DNA of 49,614 nucleotides from Bacillota bacterium (GTDB lineage Bacteria > Bacillota > Clostridia > Saccharofermentanales > UBA5734): positions 1 through 49,614 of the forward strand of contig JAWSUP010000001.1 in assembly GCA_033549405.1 (NCBI GenBank), written 5' to 3'. The first letter of the stretch is position 1. Each line of letters opens with the position of its first letter. The notes below the pieces were generated by a model that made no database searches, was not told where the DNA came from, and was given only the letters and a program-made list of their open reading frames with translations. The translations under genes and the position numbers were made by a program. Shown piece by piece: positions 8,182-19,217 of this stretch.

Positions 8182-10881
8182 TCATGCTGCTGTTTTTTTG
8201 CGCCTTCCCAACCATTTGACGATCTCAGCCACAACAAAAGGAACCAGGGCCAGCGGCAGCATGACCAGCCAGTCAATGAGGGCCAGCGGTCTGGTTGTAA
8301 AGATCGGGTTGAGAAACGGCACATAAACAACCAGCAGCATCAGCGCCATTGAAAGGAGCACGGCCTTGTTCAGAATCTTGTTGCGGAAAAGGCCGATGGC
8401 CAGAACTGGATAACGCTCTGAGCGGGCACTGAATGAGCGCAGCAACTCAGCCATGATCAACGTGACAAACGCGATGGAGCGCGCACCGACGCTGGCTTCA
8501 CCATCAGCCGGATAGCGCATCAGGCCGATCTGGAAAGCCGCAAAGACCGCTGCAAAAATCGCGATGCTCTGGCTGATAATCGTGAATATCATCTGCCTGT
8601 TCATGATCGGTTCGCTTTTTCTGCGCGGTTTCTGTTTCATGGTGTCCGGTTCACCTTGCTCCTGCCCGAGTGCCAGAGCCGGGAAACTGTCGGTAACCAG
8701 GTTGAGCCAGAGCAGTTGAATCGGCAGCAAAGGAACATAGCGCGGTCCAAGCAACAAGGTGCTGAGGAAGATAATCAGAATTTCTCCGACATTGCATGAC
8801 AGCAGAAAAGCGACAAATTTACGGATATTGCTGTAAATGATGCGCCCCTCACGAACAGCCGAAACGATGGTAGCGAAATTGTCATCAGTCAGGATCATAT
8901 CGGCTGATCCTTTGGCGACATCCGTGCCTGTAATACCCATGGCGACACCGATATCAGCGCTCTTCAACGCCATGGCGTCATTGACGCCATCCCCAGTCAT
9001 GGAAGCGATGTGGCCGATGTCACGCAGAGCGGTCACAATCCGGACTTTGTGATCTGGCGACACGCGCGCGTAAACTGCCGTTGTGTCGACAGACTGCTTC
9101 AACTCTTCTTCGGACAGCCGGTCGATTTCTGCACCGGCCAGGACGCGGTCATGCTCGCCCATCATGCCGAGGTCCTGCGCAATGGCTACTGCGGTCTCAC
9201 GATAATCGCCCGTTATCATAATCGCCCTGATGCCGGCGCTGTTGCACAATTGGATGGCATCGCGAACTTCAGGTCTGGGTGGGTCTATCATCCCCATCAG
9301 GCCAACGAAGATCATGTCAGTCTCTGCGTCGGAGGCTTTACTATCATGCGTTTTGTAGGCGAAAGACAAAACGCGCAGGGCAGATGAAGCCAGCTTGCGG
9401 TTTGCCTCCAGAGCCATTTTTTTCATGTCGTCAGTGAACGGTCTGACCCCTGCTTCGGTCAAACAACTGATGCAGCGGGTAATGACGATGTCAGGCGCGC
9501 CTTTAGTCAGGCTCAACAAGGCAGCTTCGGCAAAGCCACTGTGAACGGTCGTCATCATCTTCCTTTCAGAATCAAAGGGAAGATCTGAAACCCGCGGGTA
9601 GGTCTGTTGCTGTTTATCCTGAGCCAGACCTGCCTTTGCCGCAGCCACGACCAGGGCAGCTTCTGTCGGATCGCCCAGAATCGTCGCTTCATCCTGTTCA
9701 TCGACACGCAAAGCTGCATCGTTGCAGAGCAGGCCGATATGGAGCAGCCGCTCAAGCACCGGATCTTCTGCGACAGACACAGGTTTATCGTCCAGCAGCA
9801 GCTGGCCCACCGGCTTATAACCATGCGCTTCGACCGTTATCAGCCGGTCAGGCATATACAAACGGGTAACCGTCATCTCATTCTGTGTCAGGGTACCGGT
9901 TTTATCTGAACAGATGACATCGACAGAACCGAGTGTTTCAACGGCCAGCAGCCGTTTGACGATCGCATGTCTGTCTGCCATTCGCTTCATGCCAAGTGCC
10001 AGTACAATGGTGACGACTGCAGGCAGGCCTTCAGGGATCGCAGCGACGGCCAGGCTGACCGCAGTCATGAACATGGGCAGAAAATCACCGCCCAGCAATA
10101 TGCCCTCGCCAAATACAATGGCGCATACAGCCAGGCAGATGATGCCCAGCCATTTCCCGAGCTGGTTAAGGTTGCTCTGCAATGGTGTCAGCTCATCCTT
10201 GATCGATTGCAGCTTGTCGGCAATTTTACCGATCTCTGTCTGGCTGCCGGTGGCATAGACGATCCCCCGACCATGGCCGTAGGTGACAGGGGTACTCATG
10301 AACAGCAGATTTGCCCGGTCGCCAAGCGGAACATCATCTGAGAAGTGTGCATCCGCATCTTTTTCGACCGGTTGTGATTCGCCAGTTAATGATGCTTCCT
10401 CAGCTTTAAGCATGGCACTTTCTACCAGACGGATATCAGCCGGCACGAGATCGCCGGCCTGAGTCAGGATCAGGTCGCCAGGCACAATTTCAGCTGCTTC
10501 GATGATCTGCTGCTGTCCGTCGCGTATCACCCGGGCCTGCGGTGCAGTCATTTTCTGCAGCGCTTCGATCGCTCTCTCAGCCTTTCCTTCTTGAACCAGG
10601 CCCAGAATGGCGTTGACGATAACGATTGCCAGAATGACAAGTGCATCGATCCATTCGCCAAGTGCAGCCGATACGATACTGGCTGCGATCAGGATCAGGA
10701 CCATGACATCCTTCAACTGGATGAGCAGTTTTTCGAACCAGGATTGCCGTTTCTTTTCCTGCAGGCTGTTTGGGCCATACTGCAACAATCTTTCGGCAGC
10801 CTGCGCCGCTGTCAGGCCGCTGTCAGGATCAGTCTGCAGCTCTGCCAGGACTTGGGCGATCTTCTTTTTGTAAACGTCCAT
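8182..10881 (-). CDS. P-type (type IIA) calcium-translocating ATPase
   Basis: Motifs DKTGTLT, TGES, MITGD and TGDGVNDA, with 10-TM architecture. Start set at MDVYKK, preceded by AGGAGG. Confidence 0.9.
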   Translation of the reverse strand: MDVYKKKIAQVLAELQTDPDSGLTAAQAAERLLQYGPNSLQEKKRQSWFEKLLIQLKDVMVLILIAASIVSAALGEWIDALVILAIVIVNAILGLVQEGKAERAIEALQKMTAPQARVIRDGQQQIIEAAEIVPGDLILTQAGDLVPADIRLVESAMLKAEEASLTGESQPVEKDADAHFSDDVPLGDRANLLFMSTPVTYGHGRGIVYATGSQTEIGKIADKLQSIKDELTPLQSNLNQLGKWLGIICLAVCAIVFGEGILLGGDFLPMFMTAVSLAVAAIPEGLPAVVTIVLALGMKRMADRHAIVKRLLAVETLGSVDVICSDKTGTLTQNEMTVTRLYMPDRLITVEAHGYKPVGQLLLDDKPVSVAEDPVLERLLHIGLLCNDAALRVDEQDEATILGDPTEAALVVAAAKAGLAQDKQQQTYPRVSDLPFDSERKMMTTVHSGFAEAALLSLTKGAPDIVITRCISCLTEAGVRPFTDDMKKMALEANRKLASSALRVLSFAYKTHDSKASDAETDMIFVGLMGMIDPPRPEVRDAIQLCNSAGIRAIMITGDYRETAVAIAQDLGMMGEHDRVLAGAEIDRLSEEELKQSVDTTAVYARVSPDHKVRIVTALRDIGHIASMTGDGVNDAMALKSADIGVAMGITGTDVAKGSADMILTDDNFATIVSAVREGRIIYSNIRKFVAFLLSCNVGEILIIFLSTLLLGPRYVPLLPIQLLWLNLVTDSFPALALGQEQGEPDTMKQKPRRKSEPIMNRQMIFTIISQSIAIFAAVFAAFQIGLMRYPADGEASVGARSIAFVTLIMAELLRSFSARSERYPVLAIGLFRNKILNKAVLLSMALMLLVVYVPFLNPIFTTRPLALIDWLVMLPLALVPFVVAEIVKWLGRRKKTAA

Positions 10882-11077
10882 AGATGCCTCCTTGGGCATG
10901 CCCTGCCTAAATCGTCACCTTAAGCTGTTGTGTTAGCCTTTGCCGGATCAGCTCTTATCCAGGGTCATCAATCTTTTGGGACAAAGACCAGCAAGTTTAA
11001 CAACAGCTCCTTCCTATCATTTTCTTATAACCAGGATCAAAGGTCAAATAAAACCAGACTGTCATGCATGGAACAAC

Positions 11078-11107
11078 AGAAAACCCGGCAATCAACAGAT
11101 TGTCGGG
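11078..11107 (-). terminator. rho-independent terminator after the tRNA operon
   Basis: Minus-strand RNA reads CCCGACAAU-CUGUUG-AUUGCCGGG (one mismatch) followed by UUUUCUGUUGUU. Confidence 0.6.
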
Positions 11108-11110
11108 TCC

Positions 11111-11186
11111 TGGTGCCCAGAGCCGGAATCGAACCAGCCACACGAGGATTTTCAGTCCACTGCTCTACCGACTGAGCTATCTGGGC
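11111..11186 (-). tRNA. tRNA-Phe (GAA), CCA encoded
   Basis: The reverse complement GCCCAGATAGCTCAGTCGGTAGAGCAGTGGACTGAAAATCC...GGTTCGATTCCGGCTCTGGGCACCA folds as a cloverleaf. The anticodon loop is CTGAAAA. Confidence 0.95.
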
Positions 11187-11190
11187 AATA

Positions 11191-11267
11191 TGGCGACGCA
11201 GAAGGGGCTCGAACCCTCGACCTCCAGCGTGACAGGCTGGCATTCTAACCAACTGAACTACTGCGCC
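11191..11267 (-). tRNA. tRNA-Asp (GUC), CCA encoded
   Basis: Reverse complement GGCGCAGTAGTTCAGTTGGTTAGAATGCCAGCCTGTCACGCTGG...GGTTCGAGCCCCTTCTGCGTCGCCA. Confidence 0.95.
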
Positions 11268-11276
11268 GTAATGATG

Positions 11277-11352
11277 TGGTGGGAACTACAGGGCTCGAAC
11301 CTGTGACCCTCTGCTTGTAAGGCAGATGCTCTCCCAGCTGAGCTAAGCTCCC
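11277..11352 (-). tRNA. tRNA-Val (UAC), CCA encoded
   Basis: Reverse complement GGGAGCTTAGCTCAGCTGGGAGAGCATCTGCCTTACAAGCAGAGG...GGTTCGAGCCCTGTAGTTCCCACCA. Confidence 0.95.
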
Positions 11353-11385
11353 GACCCGTATCGCACTCTAGCGAGCGCAAGTGAA

Positions 11386-11414
11386 AGTATAATAGATAGC
11401 CCGAATCTTGTCAA
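11386..11414 (-). promoter_or_regulatory. sigma-A type promoter of the tRNA Val-Asp-Phe operon
   Basis: Minus strand: TTGACA, a 17-nt spacer, then TATACT. The -10 box ends about 33 nt upstream of the tRNA-Val 5' end. Confidence 0.6.
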
Positions 11415-11528
11415 CTGCAATTTTTAACCCCGATGACGCAAAAATGCCAAAGCAAATGCAATTATCAACAGAGGGGTTAGGCGATAAGTCTGGCATAGAC
11501 GACAGCGGGTATAATAACGGCAGGCATA

Positions 11529-12404
11529 TCATGTCCGCGAAGAAGTTGCCAATCCACAACCACAATCCGAAAGCCCAAACAGGCGGCATGCATTGGCTGT
11601 CGTTTGCCTTGCCGTTTCAGCGACCGTGACACCTTGAATTTCGGCGATCCTGGCCCCGATCAGCGGCAGATAAGCCGGTTCATTGCGTTTTCCGCGGTAC
11701 GGAACCGGCGTCAGATAGGGGCTGTCTGTTTCAATCAGCAACCTGTCCGGAGGACATTGCTCTACAACCGAAACAGGCTTTCTGGCGTTCTTGAATGTTA
11801 CAGGACCGTCAAACCCGAGATAAAAGCCCATTGACAAAACGATCTTGGCTGTCTCAACACTGCCGGAAAAGCAGTGAAACACACCAGGCAATTTACGCAA
11901 GAGCCCGTCTGACGCTGCCTGTTCCAGTATCTTCAGGCAATCCGCTGTCGCTTCGCGCTCATGAATGATGACCGGCAGGTCCAGCTCACCGGCCAACTCC
12001 AGCTGATCACGGAATACGCGACGCTGTGTTTCCCGCGGTGAAAAATCATAATGGTAGTCCAATCCGATTTCGCCGATAGCGACGATGGGCGCCTGGCGAT
12101 GGGACTCGACCAGCATAACCCAAGTGTCACGCGACCAGGCATCATATCCATCGGCTTCATGCGGGTGACAGCCAACCGCACAGATCAGCCGGTCGTCCGA
12201 CTCAGTCAGACTGACAGCCTGGCAGGCATCCTCATAGGCGGATGACGGCAGCAGAATCCTGCATACCTGCCGGCTCAACGCTCTGTTGAGAACCATTTCA
12301 CGATCAGCAGCATACGCCTTGTCCTGCAGATGAGCATGCGAATCAAACCAGACCGGATCAGGCAACTGGTAAGGATCAGGATCTGGTTTTTGCGAAAGAG
12401 TCAT
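11529..12404 (-). CDS. tatD: TatD family metal-dependent DNase/hydrolase
   Basis: WFDSHAHL, GEIGLDYHY, VIIHEREA and ETDSPYL motifs. Start set at MTLSQ, 23 nt after the metG stop. Confidence 0.87.
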   Translation of the reverse strand: MTLSQKPDPDPYQLPDPVWFDSHAHLQDKAYAADREMVLNRALSRQVCRILLPSSAYEDACQAVSLTESDDRLICAVGCHPHEADGYDAWSRDTWVMLVESHRQAPIVAIGEIGLDYHYDFSPRETQRRVFRDQLELAGELDLPVIIHEREATADCLKILEQAASDGLLRKLPGVFHCFSGSVETAKIVLSMGFYLGFDGPVTFKNARKPVSVVEQCPPDRLLIETDSPYLTPVPYRGKRNEPAYLPLIGARIAEIQGVTVAETARQTTANACRLFGLSDCGCGLATSSRT

Positions 12405-12426
12405 CACACAACCCCCGGATGCCGGT

Positions 12427-14457
12427 TCAACTGACTTCGGAGCCAGGCTCTGCCTCACCGTCAACGGTCAAGAGACGATAACCCTCTTTTGTTGTTGCGC
12501 ACAGCAGCATCCCTTCGGACAAATTACCCCGGATCTTACGCGGTTTCAGGTTTGTGACCACAATGACGAGACGGCCGGGCATCTCTTCAGGCTGATAAGA
12601 CTCAGCGATCCCGGAGACGATCTGCCGAACGGCCCCTCCCATATCGATTTGCGAACAAAGCAGTTTGTCGGATCCCTTGACTTTCTCACAACTGATAATC
12701 CGACCGACCCGCAAAGACACTTTGAGAAAATCAGCAAACTCGATCTGAGCGATGCCCTCTTCTATTGCCTCTACGGTTGCCGGCTGCTTCGTGTCATCTG
12801 GCACAGGATCCTGGGCTGTCGGCGTCGAGTCTGGCTGTTCAGCAGGTTTTGTCGTCTCCTGGTTGGTTTCCTGGCCCTTTTCCGCCGATTCTTCTGCCAG
12901 CAAGGTGCTATGATTCGCCAGTTCTTTATCCAGATCCAGGCGAGGAAAGATGGGTTCGCCTTTACTGATACCGCCAGAACGAAACAGGCCAAACGAACCG
13001 GCTGCAGACCACTCGGTCAGTTCGGGCTGGTCAATGCCCAGAAAACGCCAGATTTTAGCCGGTGTTGCGGGCATGAACGGCTGCAGCAATACGGATATGA
13101 TGCGGATCGCTTCAGCCAGGTTGTATAGCACTGTTGCCAGTCTGATGCTCTTCTCTGGCGAACGGGCCAGAATCCACGGCGTCGTCTCATCAATATATTT
13201 ATTGCTGCGGCCGACGACTTTCCAGATTTCAGTCAAAGCCAGGCTGAACTGCAATTGTTCCATTCCTGCTTCCACGCTGCCCTTGAGCTGCAGACAAGCA
13301 TCAATCAATTCCTGGTCTATGACGTCCGTATCGCGTTCTGCCGGCATGCCATCCGGGAAATACCGGTCGATCATGGCCGCAGTCCTGCTAACCAGGTTGC
13401 CCAGATCATTGGCCAGATCCGAGTTGATCCGACTGATCAGGGCTTCATTAGAGAAGTTGCCATCGGAACCGAACGGCACCTCACGCAGCAGGAAATAACG
13501 GATTGCATCGACACCATACTGATTACACAAGACAACAGGATCAATGACATTGCCGCGGGACTTAGACATTTTACCGTCTTTAAACAACAGCCAGCCGTGC
13601 CCATAAACCTGCTTCGGCATTGGCAGATCCAGCGCCATCAGCATGGCAGGCCAGATGATCGTATGGAAGCGGACAATCTCCTTGCCGACAAGCTGGACAT
13701 CGGCCGGCCAGTAACGGGTAAATAAATCCGCCTGATCCGGATACCCCAGAGCGGTTATGTAGTTGGACAAGGCATCAATCCAGACATAGACAACATGCTT
13801 CGGGTCAAATGGGACCGGCACACCCCAGTTGAATGTCGTCCGCGAAACGCAGAGATCGTCAAGACCCGGACGCAGGAAATTATTGAGCATTTCATTGGCC
13901 CGGCTGGGTGGCTGGATGAATTCAGGATTGTTCTCAAAAAGATCAATCAATTTCTGCTGATAGCGCGACAACCGGAAAAAGTAGCTTTCCTCCCGGGTCA
14001 GCTCGACCGGCCGGCCGCAGTCAGGACATTTCTGGTCGACCAGTTGTGTCTGCGTCCAGAACGATTCACAGGGGGTGCAATACCACCCTTCATATTCACT
14101 TTTGTAAATATCACCTTTGTCGTACAAGGTCTGAAAAATATATTGAATGGCCTTTTCGTGAGCTTTGTCTGTCGTCCGGATAAAGCGGTCATATGAGATA
14201 TCGAGCAATTGCCACAAATCTTTGATGCCATCGACAATTTCATCAACATAAGCCTGCGGGGTCATGCCGATGCTTTCCGCTTTGCGCTGGATCTTCTGAC
14301 CATGTTCATCGGTTCCTGTCAAAAACATGACATCATAGCCCCGCAGGCGCTTGTAGCGCGCCATGGCATCTGCGGCGACCGTTGTATAAGAGTGTCCGAT
14401 ATGCAGTTTACCGCTTGGGTAATAAATGGGTGTTGTGATGTAAAAAGTTGGTTTCAT
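12427..14457 (-). CDS. metG: methionine--tRNA ligase with C-terminal tRNA-binding (Trbp111/EMAP-like) domain
   Basis: HIGH box (KLHIGH), KMSKS box and a CPDCG zinc knuckle. Start at MKPTFYITTPIYY, preceded by GGAGGAG. Confidence 0.94.
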   Translation of the reverse strand: MKPTFYITTPIYYPSGKLHIGHSYTTVAADAMARYKRLRGYDVMFLTGTDEHGQKIQRKAESIGMTPQAYVDEIVDGIKDLWQLLDISYDRFIRTTDKAHEKAIQYIFQTLYDKGDIYKSEYEGWYCTPCESFWTQTQLVDQKCPDCGRPVELTREESYFFRLSRYQQKLIDLFENNPEFIQPPSRANEMLNNFLRPGLDDLCVSRTTFNWGVPVPFDPKHVVYVWIDALSNYITALGYPDQADLFTRYWPADVQLVGKEIVRFHTIIWPAMLMALDLPMPKQVYGHGWLLFKDGKMSKSRGNVIDPVVLCNQYGVDAIRYFLLREVPFGSDGNFSNEALISRINSDLANDLGNLVSRTAAMIDRYFPDGMPAERDTDVIDQELIDACLQLKGSVEAGMEQLQFSLALTEIWKVVGRSNKYIDETTPWILARSPEKSIRLATVLYNLAEAIRIISVLLQPFMPATPAKIWRFLGIDQPELTEWSAAGSFGLFRSGGISKGEPIFPRLDLDKELANHSTLLAEESAEKGQETNQETTKPAEQPDSTPTAQDPVPDDTKQPATVEAIEEGIAQIEFADFLKVSLRVGRIISCEKVKGSDKLLCSQIDMGGAVRQIVSGIAESYQPEEMPGRLVIVVTNLKPRKIRGNLSEGMLLCATTKEGYRLLTVDGEAEPGSEVS

Positions 14458-14523
14458 GAACATCTCCTCCTGGTCTGGCTGTCCGTTCGCCATCGTCTGG
14501 ATCATCGGACAGGTTCATCCGCC

Positions 14524-14552
14524 ATTATAGCAGGATACGGGCAGCACGCCAA
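14524..14552 (-). promoter_or_regulatory. candidate extended -10 promoter for metG-tatD
   Basis: Minus strand: TTGGCG, a 17-nt spacer, then TATAAT with an upstream TGc. Sits about 65 nt ahead of the metG ATG. Confidence 0.5.
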
Positions 14553-14565
14553 CCGGACCGGTCCT

Positions 14566-15567
14566 TTAGGGTTCTTCTGTCGATGGTTCTCCTGTCTGGT
14601 CTGTGCCAGTCAGATCCTGCAACTCTTCAGTGAGCTGTAAAGCCAGCGCATAGAGATCATTTCTGCTCCGGCCACTGGAGATGGCCAGTTTCCTGACCGC
14701 ATCCTTGATCGACAAGCCTTGCGTCAGCAGATCTTTCATCTGTCCGGCATCCTGATCTTCCGTGAGCTGCACAGGAGCAGCAGGACAGCGCCGGTTATAG
14801 GCATCCATCCCTTCCAGAACCAGAGCAAATTCACCGCGCATTTCAATCTGGTCAGGCTGCGCGCAGACCGCTGCAACAGTTGTTCTGTAATACGACTCAA
14901 AACGCTTGGTCAGCTCGCGGGCTATTGTCAGTTTGCGATCGGACATGCCTGCCTGACGCAGCTCTTCGAGCGTTTTTATCAGGCGGTGCGGCGCTTCATA
15001 AAGTATGACTGTTCTCTTTTCCGCCACAATCTCCCGGATGCTCTCTTTGCGCGCTTTCCCGGACGAAGGAATAAACCCCTCGAATGCGAACCGGTCTGTC
15101 GCCAGTCCCGAGGCAGCCAGTGCGACAAATGCAGCTGACGGACCGGGAATTACAGTCACCTCAATGCCTTCTGCGAGGCAGGCAGCAACAATTTCCGCAC
15201 CCGGGTCTGAAATGCCGGGCATACCCGCATCTGAAACAAGGGCCAACCGTTGACCATTGCGCAAAATGGCGAGCAGGCTTGCCTCACGCTGTCGTTGATT
15301 GTGCTGATGGTAGCTGATCAGGCGCTTCTTCAAACTCAGGTGATTCAGCAGTTTCATCGTTCGCCGGGTATCTTCTGCGGCGATCCAGTCTGCTTCTGCA
15401 AGGATGGCAGCAGCCCGCGGTGACAGATCGCCGAGGTTGCCGATCGGCGTGCCGACGATATATAAAACACCAGGCTGCATCGCAGACTTCAGTTCGTTCT
15501 CTGCAACATCAGCAGAATCGTCATTGTCTGGGGCGATGCCAAATCCTCTGCCGGTCTGTCTGTCCAT
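14566..15567 (-). CDS. rsmI: 16S rRNA (cytidine1402-2'-O)-methyltransferase RsmI
   Basis: LYIVGTPIGNLGDLSPRA and the tetrapyrrole-methylase fold pattern. Carries a C-terminal extension. Confidence 0.88.
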   Translation of the reverse strand: MDRQTGRGFGIAPDNDDSADVAENELKSAMQPGVLYIVGTPIGNLGDLSPRAAAILAEADWIAAEDTRRTMKLLNHLSLKKRLISYHQHNQRQREASLLAILRNGQRLALVSDAGMPGISDPGAEIVAACLAEGIEVTVIPGPSAAFVALAASGLATDRFAFEGFIPSSGKARKESIREIVAEKRTVILYEAPHRLIKTLEELRQAGMSDRKLTIARELTKRFESYYRTTVAAVCAQPDQIEMRGEFALVLEGMDAYNRRCPAAPVQLTEDQDAGQMKDLLTQGLSIKDAVRKLAISSGRSRNDLYALALQLTEELQDLTGTDQTGEPSTEEP

Positions 15568-15633
15568 CGAACTGTCTCCCTCCGCATCTTTATTTTATAA
15601 AGTGTCATCGCCTGACACAGCATTCAACCACAG

Positions 15634-16770
<1,137 letters not shown>

Positions 16771-17877
16771 CTAGCCAGCCGGCGAATCAGACCCTTGCGG
16801 TTTTCCTCCCGGCCGGCCACGCCGGCGGCTGCCGGAGCCCCGACGGCCGGAGCGCCTTTTCTTGGGACGAACCTCGCTGTCTGCAGCGATTTGTAAATCA
16901 TCTGCAAGCACGTTATCCAAAACGCCAGCTTTTTGACTATCATCCGGTTCTTGATCGGATGCTCCTGATGCTCGTTCTGCTGTCTGCACAACCTCTGCCG
17001 CTGCAGCCGGAGCCGGAACCGGAGCTGTCCTGGACCCGCCAGACGGAAAACGCTTGCCCATTCGGTTGCCACCGATAACAGTCGCTGCTGCATAGGGCAC
17101 CGTGATCAGATCGGCTTCTCCGCCCCGATCCAGTCGGACCGTAGCTGTCTCCTTGAGCAGATTGACGCTTTCGATATAACCCTGCCCTTCATCCGTCATC
17201 ACGATCGATCCCTGGCGCGGCATGCGGCTGTGCGCATCCTCATAGGCGGCCTGCTCATATTTAAGGCAACACATCAGGCGTCCGCAGTTTCCTGATATTT
17301 TCGCCGGATTCATGGACAGATTCTGAACTTTGGCCATCTTGATGGAAACCGGTACGAAATCAGTCAGGTATGAACAGCAACAGAGTTCGCGGCCGCAAAT
17401 ACCCAGTCCGCCGATCATACGGGCTTCATCGCGGACACCGATCTGGCGCAGTTCAATGCGCGTATGAAAAACAGAAGCCAGATCTTTGACCAATTCGCGG
17501 AAATCGACACGCCCGTCAGCAGTAAAGTAAAAAATTACCTTGCGGCTGTCAAATGAGCATTCAACGTCCACCAGCCGCATATCCAGTCCGCGGCTGGCGA
17601 TTTTGTCACTGCAGACCCGGAATGCTTCCTTTTCTTTTTGATTGTTTTCCTCAAATCGGATCAGATCATTTGTGTCCGCGATCCTGATGATCACTTTCAA
17701 TGGGGCAAACAGCTTCTCATCAGGTATATCGATCGCCTCTTCAGCGATAATGCCAAGTTCAATTCCCTGGGTTGTTTCAACGATAACCGCGTCACCGTTG
17801 TGCAGGGAAAATGAACCTGGATCAAAATGATAGGCTTTTCCGGTTCCATGGAACCGGACGCCGACAACTTTAGGCAT
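16771..17877 (-). CDS. ricT: PSP1-domain regulatory protein RicT/YaaT with Arg-rich C-terminal extension
   Basis: VVGVRF...KAYHFD, the CGRELCC/CGRLMCC cysteine motifs, and its position downstream of holB. Confidence 0.86.
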   Translation of the reverse strand: MPKVVGVRFHGTGKAYHFDPGSFSLHNGDAVIVETTQGIELGIIAEEAIDIPDEKLFAPLKVIIRIADTNDLIRFEENNQKEKEAFRVCSDKIASRGLDMRLVDVECSFDSRKVIFYFTADGRVDFRELVKDLASVFHTRIELRQIGVRDEARMIGGLGICGRELCCCSYLTDFVPVSIKMAKVQNLSMNPAKISGNCGRLMCCLKYEQAAYEDAHSRMPRQGSIVMTDEGQGYIESVNLLKETATVRLDRGGEADLITVPYAAATVIGGNRMGKRFPSGGSRTAPVPAPAAAAEVVQTAERASGASDQEPDDSQKAGVLDNVLADDLQIAADSEVRPKKRRSGRRGSGSRRRGRPGGKPQGSDSPAG

Positions 17878-18886
17878 AGGATAGCTCCTTTCGCAGGGCA
17901 AGCATCAGGTTGCAAGCCAGCCCTTCAAAGCTGGCGTTAAGGGCGAGACCGCGGCGGGCGGCCAGAATGGCGGACCAGGCAAGGCCGAGATTACGGCGCA
18001 CTTTTTCCGGTCCGGTGTATTCAGATAGAAAACTGTTCAGCTCGGCGGCGTGATCGTCATTGATCAGGTGTTCCCTGCCGCCGTTACCTGCCAGAACAAG
18101 AAGATCGCGGATCAGGCTTCCCATGACATTAAGGATATCGCCCAGATGCTGCCGGTTCGCGTCACAAAACTGGAAGCCGGTTGTCAGCAGATCAGACCTG
18201 GACATGCGTGGTATGCCGGTGAAAAAACGGATCGTATCTTTGCGCAAGTCGCTGAACCAGTCATTTCCAGCCAGTTCGATGGCTGTCCCCGGCAAGCCTT
18301 TGCTGAAACGAACAAAAAAGTTAACCGCATCATTCTTGTCCAGACCTTTGTCGTGTAATATAGCCATGATCTCGTCTGGTGAGCGCCTGCTGACAATATG
18401 AAGTACGGCGCGCGATACGATGGTGGGCAACAGGTGGTCAGCCCCGCTGGCCGTCAGCAGGAAGATGGCATAGGGCGGCGGTTCTTCCAACGATTTCAGC
18501 AAGGCATTCTGACCTTGTTCATTCAGGTCATCCGCTGCGATCAGGTAGACCTTGCGCTGCCCGAGCTGTGGCTGCATGTATAAATCGGCGCCGATCTGCC
18601 GGCGAACAGATTCGACAGGAATTACTTTTTCTTTGCCCTGCAGTTGCAGCTCCCTGTAATCCGGATGCACCTGCTGTTGAAAATACCGACAGGATGAACA
18701 AACGCCGCATGCGCCATCCGATCCGGGTTGTCGACACAGCAAGGCGGCAGCGAACGTACGAGCGATCCAGGTCCGCCCGACACCCTTCGGTCCGATAAAA
18801 ATATAAGCATGCCCCGGATTGCCCGTCAGGGCCTGACCGAGGCGCTGCTTGAGTTCATTTTGGCCAACAATGGAGGAAAATGACAT
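17870..18886 (-). CDS. holB: DNA polymerase III subunit delta'
   Basis: HAYIFIGPKGVGRT Walker-like box, CGVCSSC zinc module and SLEEPP motif. Start at MSFSS. Confidence 0.86.
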   Translation of the reverse strand: MSFSSIVGQNELKQRLGQALTGNPGHAYIFIGPKGVGRTWIARTFAAALLCRQPGSDGACGVCSSCRYFQQQVHPDYRELQLQGKEKVIPVESVRRQIGADLYMQPQLGQRKVYLIAADDLNEQGQNALLKSLEEPPPYAIFLLTASGADHLLPTIVSRAVLHIVSRRSPDEIMAILHDKGLDKNDAVNFFVRFSKGLPGTAIELAGNDWFSDLRKDTIRFFTGIPRMSRSDLLTTGFQFCDANRQHLGDILNVMGSLIRDLLVLAGNGGREHLINDDHAAELNSFLSEYTGPEKVRRNLGLAWSAILAARRGLALNASFEGLACNLMLALRKELSYA

Positions 18887-18887
18887 G

Positions 18888-19217
18888 TTACATCTTCTCG
18901 AAGTGCTCGACATTTAACACAAAGACTGTCGCGCCTCCGACCATTACCTCAACAGGATAGGGGATATAGGATCCGCCCATTGACGAGGGGGTGACATTGG
19001 TATTGATCGCCGCCTGCCTGCTGCTGGAATACTTGCGGATGATACTAAGCACATCATCCAGTTGATCATCGTCGACAACAATCATTAACGTCGTGTTACC
19101 GGACCGGAGAAAACCACCGGTTGAATTGAGTTTTGTTACCCGGTAACCGGCACGGTTCAATTCAGCCATCAGGCGCGGGCTGTCCTCATCGTGTACAATT
19201 GCGAATATCAGTTTCAT
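18888..19217 (-). CDS. darA: cyclic-di-AMP receptor, PII-like (DarA/YaaQ)
   Basis: Near-collinear with B. subtilis YaaQ: MKLIFAIV.D.DS, RVTKL.STGGFLRSGNTT, PYPVEV.VGGATVFVL. Confidence 0.85.
   Translation of the reverse strand: MKLIFAIVHDEDSPRLMAELNRAGYRVTKLNSTGGFLRSGNTTLMIVVDDDQLDDVLSIIRKYSSSRQAAINTNVTPSSMGGSYIPYPVEVMVGGATVFVLNVEHFEKM

Noticed and set aside
10930-11306. Four ORFs overlapping 11.0-11.3 kb
   Set aside because: They overlap the three tRNA genes and their terminator. The tRNA cloverleaf structures explain the sequence.
14458-14565. T-box leader upstream of metG
   Set aside because: There are only ~65 nt between the candidate promoter and the ATG. That is too short for a specifier stem, T-box sequence and terminator/antiterminator, and no such sequence is visible.
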